A DNA stretch of 64,000 nucleotides from Tetramitus jugosus (taxonomy: Eukaryota > Protista > Heterolobosea): NCBI GenBank assembly GCA_937625935.1, contig OW569388.1:124001-188000 (forward strand), given 5' to 3'. Numbering within the stretch: the stretch's first letter is position 1; each line of letters opens with the position of its first letter. The position numbers were made by a program, and so were the translations under genes. Under the pieces are notes generated by a model. That model did not search any database. It saw nothing but the letters and a program-made list of their open reading frames with translations, and was not told the origin of the DNA. This document shows, piece by piece, positions 56,662 through 64,000 of the stretch.

Positions 56662-56840
56662 CTTCTTCTTTATATGTATAATAAAAACAATTGAAAAATA
56701 ACAAAAATCTCAATCATGCCTGGTCAATTTGATGTCTGTACATTCGAGTACATCCTAACGTAACTGCGATGAATTACGTAAAAATTCTCTAAATTCCTAG
56801 ATTGGTTAATTGAATGTGTCTCTATGAGCAATCTTCTTCT

Positions 56841-58909
56841 CTATTCCAACTCTTTGTGGTAGATATCCCGTATGAAACCAAAGAGTAAAATCTGCCTTAC
56901 TTCATGCTCAAACAAAATCAGTGGATCCGGAGATGTTGACTGTAAAATCTCCTCAATCCTCTTTGGACAGAGTTGTGTAAGCTTCCTAACAGCAGTAGGT
57001 GCAGTATAAGTATCTATATGAATTGGCAAGAATGAAAGTGTAAGCATGATGTGAATGCGATGACATGTGTTCAATAAAATAGTAGAACCGTACCATAGAT
57101 GTCCTTCTTCTTTTGGTCCTTTTCTTGTTGATTCGATGTTGATTTCCACGAGGACACATCCATTAGGAAATCAATCAATTCTGAACAAAAACCATCTTGA
57201 ATTAAAGAATGAATATAAAAGTCATTCACTTGCTCACCCTTCAAAGCAACTTCCACTTTCTCTTCCTCTTCCTCACCATTTGGAGACTTGAGCACGAGAA
57301 CAACGGCACTCGGAATGCGCGTCACTGACATAAAAACACGCTTCGTGTATCCACCCTTTGTAATTAATCTGGAGTGTGTGCTCTGATACAAGTTAAGAAC
57401 ATCCTTATTGTATGGAAATAGAATCTCATATCTCGCTGATCTCAAATCAGAAAGATTGTACTCTGACAAGCGTACAAAGCTCTGATTGGCATGAATCACC
57501 TCTCCGTCTAACGAGAATGCAATCACTGGATCCGCAATTCCACTCATAATCATGTGTGTCTTCTGTTCCTCTTCATTGATCCGTTCTAAAGCAATGTTCA
57601 ACCTGTTCTGCGTTTCACTCACCAACTCCATCTTTTCAATTTCGATCTGACTCACAATACTCGAATGCTGTAAACTCTTGACCATACAAACAGCCGATGC
57701 AAGTAAAATAAATGAGATGCATATGGGAGACAACAGCGCAATCCATCTTCCATAACGTCTCTTGTTTGCGACAAACGATGGTTGCGCCACATAATAAATT
57801 CGATAAATTCGATTCACAGTCTCAATATCATCATAACGCACTTGCTTTGAGTTCTCAATCGTTTTCTTAATCTCCTTGTACTTGAGATCGGATTCATCCA
57901 AACTCGAATAAATTAAACTATCTTCTTCATTATTATTGTTCATGTCGAACACGGCGACAGTCACACCTTTCAACGTGCCCATCGCCTGCTTCATCAACGG
58001 TTGAAACTGGAAGAGACCCAATGCTAAACCAGTGTAATTTCCACTGAGATTAATCACTGGATCCAAAATGACGAAACCAGTGCTTCTCTTTTGCTCTTGA
58101 TACAGAATGACCTTTCGAGAGGCTGTCATCTTCAGTGTAGTGGTCGCCAAATGAACTGCACCCCTCACATTGACTCCAATTTCCAAATCTAACCCCAACA
58201 CTTCAATATTGGTCTCTAGAGGACTGGCCCACAACACTGGATGATACACGTTCGATTTGGGAGAAGGTTCCCACTCGTTTGTCGTATAATTCTTCACCTT
58301 GATGTAGTAATTAGAGTAGCAACCGCCAATTTTACGTGTGTCAGCCAAAAATTGATCAACGTCATCTCCAGACACACGAGGCACCCATTGCAATGATCGA
58401 ATATCATGTCGCAACGATGCAGAAGAGTTTGTAAACTGAAGAAACTCTTCCAGTGTGGCATTTCCACTGCGAATTGACAAGTATGACTTGAGCATCATGA
58501 CCTCTCTCATAGAAGAGGTCACTGTGCGGTCAAGATAACCCGTGTAGACCTTTGTGTACACTTCCAGTTCAAATTTTGTGTTTCGTTCATCCTCTTGGCT
58601 AAAGTAAAAGAATAACCAGAGTCCAACAGTGCCGGCACCCAAAATGAGCACGAGTGCAATGAGGAGCAACGGCAGATCGTACCGTAGATCGAGTCGTCGG
58701 AGGATTTTGGCCAGAAAACATTTGCGGAGGAACGATTTTTCGGTGTCGGACATGTCGTGGTTTTTGGTCATTTCGCCGCCTTGGTTGGTGACATTTGAAT
58801 GGAGTTCCAAGTCGATGTTACTTTCCTTGTTGTCATTGTGGTCGGTTCTGTGAGTTCTCGTTTTGTTGCTGTTTTGTCGTTGTTGAAAGATCCATGAGAC
58901 ATGGTTCAT
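56841..58909 (-). CDS. TM-CHASE-TM-PAS-RGS receptor-like protein, 2 exons
   Basis: CHASE EFLQF..LQWVPRV..YHPVLWASPLETNIEVLGLDL; PAS IADPVIAFSLDGEVIHANQSF; RGS-like CSELIDFLMDVSSWK..IYDTY; intron 57014-57093. Confidence 0.75.
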
Positions 58910-59935
58910 TCTCCAGAGTCAGGGAGTGCTGGATGTGACAATTGGTTTTGGTTGAATTCTTACTTACTGTCGTACGCAAATGTTCTCCTTGTTGAAAAGA
59001 CTTGTCACACTCGGGGTGTCAAGTGTCAAGTTTTTCAGCCATCGAAATATCGCCAAATGCGAAACTCGAACGATCTACTCTTCTTTTGTCAATCCTCGCT
59101 CATAACAAACCACGGAATTTCTTCGACTCTCTCATTTCGCTCAGTGATCTAATTGATAAGATCTCACCTGAGAATCAAAAGTTTGTTGGCTGTAACAAAG
59201 ATAAGAGAACCTCTCTGGAATACAATGAGTTCCCTCGGTCCGATGGAATTCGAAGGAACTTCAATGTGCTACTAGGACCTGGAAGTCCTTTGCTTTTGGG
59301 TCTCCATCCTTCCTCCAAAGTTTCGAAAAAGGATATTTAGGGACGACAATCAGCTACAAGTTTTGCGATTGGATCATTTGCAGCTGAGTCAGGGAATTCA
59401 TCTTGAGGCGTCAAGATTGCGCGTCATGATTGTATACATGAAATGACCCAAAAAATTATGTTGCGGATGTGTTCGAGTCGGAAGTTAAAGGAAGATTGAG
59501 AGATCTTGTCCACAATACATATGGGAGTTTTCGACATTGAAGTTTCGATCTGCCAGATACCACAGCAAAAAGATATTGTACTTCTATTTTGTTTAAGCTA
59601 CATCAAACCTTTAACTTCAAGGCTGGGAAAATGAATGCGGCTGGTTAGAATTTCCGTCGTCGGAAACTCCGTCGCATCTTTGTGGAGGTATTTTTTTGCT
59701 TCATGAAAGCCATGTGACACTCGCAGAACTTTTCGAATCGCAGCGATTGTCATCTTAGCTCTCCCAACGATTACCGAATATCATCACTCTCAGTTATCAT
59801 CACTTGACCATCCCAAAAAACCAAACGCTCTTCACTATCTAAACAAACTCACAATCACTCTCCCTACCCACCCATAAGCTTTCTCCACTTTTTTGCATGA
59901 AATTCTTCTTGTAAGTTTTAACTCTCTTATGCAAA

Positions 59936-62900
59936 ATGACGAACAGTAATCATAATCACCATCATCATCACCACCACATTGATATCAAGGAAGAACCACC
60001 ATCCTCAGCTTCCTCATCAACAACCATAGCTATAGACAACAATCGTCATCATCATCATTCACCTACTATCCTATCATCATCAACAACAACAACAGTAGAA
60101 GACAGGACAGAGCTATCACTGGAGAATCAATTACCCATTTTTGCTACCTTACCTCCACTCAAACAAGTCCATCTCTCCAAAAAACACTCTTCCAAAAAAT
60201 CATCTTCTTCCAAGAGAAAAGCTCATCATACACCAACATCAACAACGACAACAATAACAACCATCAGTAAGAGTCATAGTAGTCATCACATACACAATGG
60301 AGAAGATTTAGGAGAAGGCACTCGTGTCATCTCTACGGATCCAGAAATGGCCGATTCGCATGAAAAGCGTTCCAAAATTATTGTTCAATCGGAGGAATTG
60401 ACATTGCGCGATGAAGATGACTATGATGACAATGTTCAAGATGACGACGATGATGAGGATGAGGATGATGACAATCAAGTCAATAAGGATACCACAACAA
60501 CAACAACAACAACGAATTATGGTACCATTTCTTCATTTCATTCAAATCCATTGACTTTATCATCCATAGCTACAACATCTTCGTCACATCATCATACTAG
60601 TAGTAGAAGTAGTAAGCATCCTCATCACCATGGTAGTAGTAGTAGTGGTAAACATCGTCGATACAAGAGCACGAGTAGCAGTGATGGTGGTACTAGTATG
60701 AGCAACAATAACAACAAGGATGTTATTGGTGATGCAGTGGATGGAAGTGGAATGGACAATTATCATGATGGTGATGAAGCAAGAGTGCAAAAGCGAAGTC
60801 ACAAGAGTCATAATAGGAGTCATCGACGTGTTCATTCTTCGCATCACGGTTATTCATCGGTTCCTACTCCAACAACGACGACAACGGCTCACTTTACATT
60901 TTCTCGTCATGACAATCAGAGTAATCATCATGGTGGTAGTCATGGTAGTCAAGGTGATGGTGAAAATGGAGGTCGCAGTGGTAGTAGTGTAGCGACCTTA
61001 TCAAGACAAAAATCACGTGATGGAATCGCTAGTAGTAGCACAAGTCATGGTCATCATCATAGTGGTGGTGCCAGCAGTAGCAGTAGTAGTAGTAGTCATC
61101 ATGGTGGTGGAAAGCGAAAGAAATGTCGCCGAACAAAGAGTGAGATACAGCGCGAGGAAGAACATGCTGTGATTAATCATGATGACAAGGTCAAGGTTCA
61201 AAATTTTATCACGGAAGGTGCTGCTTCATACAACTTAACCATGTCACCACCAAAGATTAAGATTCCGACATCGTACTCATCGATTCGAAAGGTATTTGTT
61301 GGAGGTGAGGATGAGCCATTCTTGAGCGATGAAGAGAATGAAGAGGCAGTGGATGAAGCAGACAACAAGTGCGCAGAAGAGAAGAAGGTAGTGGACGAGA
61401 AGCAACAGTTGGTGTACTTGAATGATGAACCTGCAAACAGAAAAGTTCGAAGAAGAATGCCCAGCAATTATATTCGAACAACAAAGTACACGTTCCTGAC
61501 CTTTTTGCCATTCAATCTATTTGAACAGTTCAAGAAGATTTCGAACATTTACTTTTTGGTCACGATGGTTATCACTTTGATTCCCGGAATTTCACCAGTG
61601 TTTCCAGCCTCTTCGATCATGCCCCTTGCATTTATTTTAACGCTGACGGCGATTAAGGACGGTATTGAGGATTTGGCGCGCTTTAGAGAGGATCTAAAAG
61701 CAAACGGAGCCAAGGTGAAAATTGTAAGGAGTGGGGAGTTGAAGGAAGTGAAAACAAGTAATGTAAAAATTGGAGATATTGTGTTTGTGAAAAAAGACCA
61801 AGCGTTTCCCGCAGATCTCATATGTCTATCATCGCATCGTGAGGACGGTGCTTGCTATGTACAAACTGCGAATTTAGATGGTGAGAGTAATTTGAAACCC
61901 AAGTTTTCTGTTCGTGACACTGTTGCAATTAGAGATGATCACAAGGTTTTGTCCTCGATTCGGGCCAAAGTCAATGTTGAATTGCCTAATGCTCGATTGG
62001 ACAAATTTAATGGAAGTTTCCGATTGAAGGAACTATGTGGAGAGAAGGTAAAGCGAAAGAGAATACCGCTTGATGTTGATAATGTGCTCATGAGAGGTAG
62101 CATTTTGAAGAACACAAGATATATTTATGGAGCTGTGATATATGTAGGACAAGATACGAGACTATTCAAGAACTTGAAGAAGCCAAAGGCCAGAATGTCA
62201 TTGCTTGATAAGCGATTGAATATGTTGCTATGTTTCCTCGTTCTTCTACAACAAGCCATTTGTGGTTTGTACGTTGGATTGGCTTCCTTCTTCCAAAACA
62301 GAACCACTCGTTTCAGTTTCTACATGAACAATATTCTACCTGGTCGTACCTCGTTTGAGTATGTTGTCAGAAATTGGATGACCTATTTCATTCTGTTGAA
62401 TCTCGTTATTCCCATGTCTTTATTCGTTGGATTAGAGTTTGTGAAAGCATTCCAAGCAAAGCTAATGGAGGCTGATGATGAAATGAAAATAGTTGACGAT
62501 AGAGGTGAAACGATATCCATGATTGCGAAAACTTCTAATTTGAATCAGGAACTGTCCCAGATTGATGTCATTTTTTCTGATAAGACAGGAACACTTACGG
62601 AGAATCTGATGGAGTACAAGCAGTGTTGGGTCGATGGTACTTACTTTGGAGAGGACAAGGGAATGCTGTCGTGGATGATGAAGCACCCAAAGGTGAAACC
62701 GGTCAATGATCGAACAGATCCCATCGGTTATCACATGTACATGATTCATGAATTCTTGTTAGGTATTGTGTTGAATCATACCATTATTCCTGAACGATCA
62801 GACGAAGGTGAAATTTTGTTTGAAGGCCCAAGTCCTGATGAAATTGCTCTCATTTCTTGTGCCAAACAAAATGGATACTTGTTGGTTCAACGAACGACTT

Positions 62901-64000
62901 CTGGATTGGAGATTGCGATCAATGGCACATCATACTTTTATGAGATTCTAGTCAGCTTGGCGTTTACGTCTGACAGAAAGCGAATGTCAGTCATTACACG
63001 ATCCCCAGAAGGCAGGATTGTTCTTTACTCCAAAGGTGCCGACAATATCATGTTTGCCCGATCGATTATATCAAGCACTGACAAATCAGATATTGAAAGA
63101 GCATTGGATGTTTTTTCCCAGTCTGGGTTACGTACGTTGGTCATTTGTAGAAAAGAACTATCAGTCAGAGAGTATGAAGTGTGGTCAAGGCAATACCAAA
63201 AGGCAACTATTTCAACAAAGCAGAATAAGGATGATTTGATTGAGGAGTTGTCAAGTGCCATCGAACAAGGATTTGAGGTACTCGGTGCCACTGCTATTGA
63301 AGATAAACTTCAACAGGGAGTACCAGAAGCTATCGAGTTTTTGAGAAGAGCTGGATTCCAAATCTGGGTGTTGACTGGCGACAAGCCAGAAACAGCCAGA
63401 AATATTGCATATACTGCAAATGTGATCCAGAAGCACTCAATTGAAATTCGAATCCAGGAGTCACAATCCAGAAAGCATTGCAAAAAGAAGTTGATGATTG
63501 CTTGGACATTCTTGGAAGAAAACAAGAAGAAGAATGTTGATTATGCATTATTGATCGATGCTCAGTCTCTCAATTTCATCTTAGGACAGAAAAAGATTGA
63601 GGATAAGTTACTGCAAATTATCACGTATTGCAAAACGGCCGTATGTTGTCGTTTGACTGCTTTGCAAAAATCCCAAATTGTTCAGCTCGTTGAAAGACGA
63701 TGTAATAAGAAGGGATTGGGTATTGGTGATGGTGTGAATGATGTCTCGATGATTCAAGCTGCCACTGTAGGTGTAGGTATCATTGGTCGTGAGGGATCGC
63801 AAGCTGCTAGAGCATCGGATTACGCAATTCCGAGGTTCAAACATTTGGTGAGACTTCTCGCCGTCCATGGACGATACTCATATATCAGAAACAGTGATTA
63901 CCTTCATCTTTCCTTCTATAAGAACATGATCGTGGTGTACTCGCAATTGTTGTACGCTATCTTTGCTGGATTTACTGCTCAAACATTGTTTGAGTCATGG
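59936..64000 (+). CDS. P4-type ATPase (phospholipid flippase), 3'-partial; missing from the ORF track because it has no stop in the window
   Basis: Frame from ATG 59936 carries NYIRTTKYT, FEQF, TANLDGESNLK, IFSDKTGTLTEN, SPDEIAL, GATAIEDKLQ, WVLTGDK, IGDGVNDVSMIQ. Confidence 0.93.
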   Translation, partial: MTNSNHNHHHHHHHIDIKEEPPSSASSSTTIAIDNNRHHHHSPTILSSSTTTTVEDRTELSLENQLPIFATLPPLKQVHLSKKHSSKKSSSSKRKAHHTPTSTTTTITTISKSHSSHHIHNGEDLGEGTRVISTDPEMADSHEKRSKIIVQSEELTLRDEDDYDDNVQDDDDDEDEDDDNQVNKDTTTTTTTTNYGTISSFHSNPLTLSSIATTSSSHHHTSSRSSKHPHHHGSSSSGKHRRYKSTSSSDGGTSMSNNNNKDVIGDAVDGSGMDNYHDGDEARVQKRSHKSHNRSHRRVHSSHHGYSSVPTPTTTTTAHFTFSRHDNQSNHHGGSHGSQGDGENGGRSGSSVATLSRQKSRDGIASSSTSHGHHHSGGASSSSSSSSHHGGGKRKKCRRTKSEIQREEEHAVINHDDKVKVQNFITEGAASYNLTMSPPKIKIPTSYSSIRKVFVGGEDEPFLSDEENEEAVDEADNKCAEEKKVVDEKQQLVYLNDEPANRKVRRRMPSNYIRTTKYTFLTFLPFNLFEQFKKISNIYFLVTMVITLIPGISPVFPASSIMPLAFILTLTAIKDGIEDLARFREDLKANGAKVKIVRSGELKEVKTSNVKIGDIVFVKKDQAFPADLICLSSHREDGACYVQTANLDGESNLKPKFSVRDTVAIRDDHKVLSSIRAKVNVELPNARLDKFNGSFRLKELCGEKVKRKRIPLDVDNVLMRGSILKNTRYIYGAVIYVGQDTRLFKNLKKPKARMSLLDKRLNMLLCFLVLLQQAICGLYVGLASFFQNRTTRFSFYMNNILPGRTSFEYVVRNWMTYFILLNLVIPMSLFVGLEFVKAFQAKLMEADDEMKIVDDRGETISMIAKTSNLNQELSQIDVIFSDKTGTLTENLMEYKQCWVDGTYFGEDKGMLSWMMKHPKVKPVNDRTDPIGYHMYMIHEFLLGIVLNHTIIPERSDEGEILFEGPSPDEIALISCAKQNGYLLVQRTTSGLEIAINGTSYFYEILVSLAFTSDRKRMSVITRSPEGRIVLYSKGADNIMFARSIISSTDKSDIERALDVFSQSGLRTLVICRKELSVREYEVWSRQYQKATISTKQNKDDLIEELSSAIEQGFEVLGATAIEDKLQQGVPEAIEFLRRAGFQIWVLTGDKPETARNIAYTANVIQKHSIEIRIQESQSRKHCKKKLMIAWTFLEENKKKNVDYALLIDAQSLNFILGQKKIEDKLLQIITYCKTAVCCRLTALQKSQIVQLVERRCNKKGLGIGDGVNDVSMIQAATVGVGIIGREGSQAARASDYAIPRFKHLVRLLAVHGRYSYIRNSDYLHLSFYKNMIVVYSQLLYAIFAGFTAQTLFESW

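Noticed and set aside
59000-59700. Coding-like but stop-riddled intergenic stretch
   Set aside because: No recognisable protein motif in any frame
60584-63868. Short ORF-track entries over the last 4 kb and antisense ORFs elsewhere
   Set aside because: Shadow frames of the P4-ATPase and other real genes

Overview
Gene-dense eukaryotic (protist) genomic DNA with short GT-AG introns, AAC/AAT-repeat low-complexity coding tracts and A/C-rich 5' leaders. Gene content (CHASE-PAS-RGS receptor, SAC9, flagellar calcyphosin-type protein, F-box/LRR genes) suggests a free-living heterolobosean-like amoeboflagellate; this taxon call is inference. About 27 host genes: DENN GEF, TBC1D5, ARHGAP39-like, Arf, SAC9, DCTN6, Rab11, NAA25, MTHFR, MESH1, THO1-like, DUSP, PPR, OMS1-like, Rab2, tandem SET, PICH/ERCC6L, calcyphosin, P4-ATPase (runs off the end). 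Two accessory regions stand out. (1) About 18.9-23.1 kb: a RAG1/Transib/Chapaev-type DDE transposase with all catalytic and Zn-binding motifs, split from its N-terminal part by one in-frame TAA. It lies tail-to-tail with an unknown ORF, and the pair is bracketed by a CACAGTG heptamer and degenerate inverted blocks. (2) About 52.7-56.7 kb: an F-box stub, an orphan VPS35 fragment, a truncated Fanzor1-like ORF followed by strong hairpins, and a frameshifted secreted small HSP. Two intergenic regions also look like structured RNAs. All calls are by-eye motif recognition; no searches were run.
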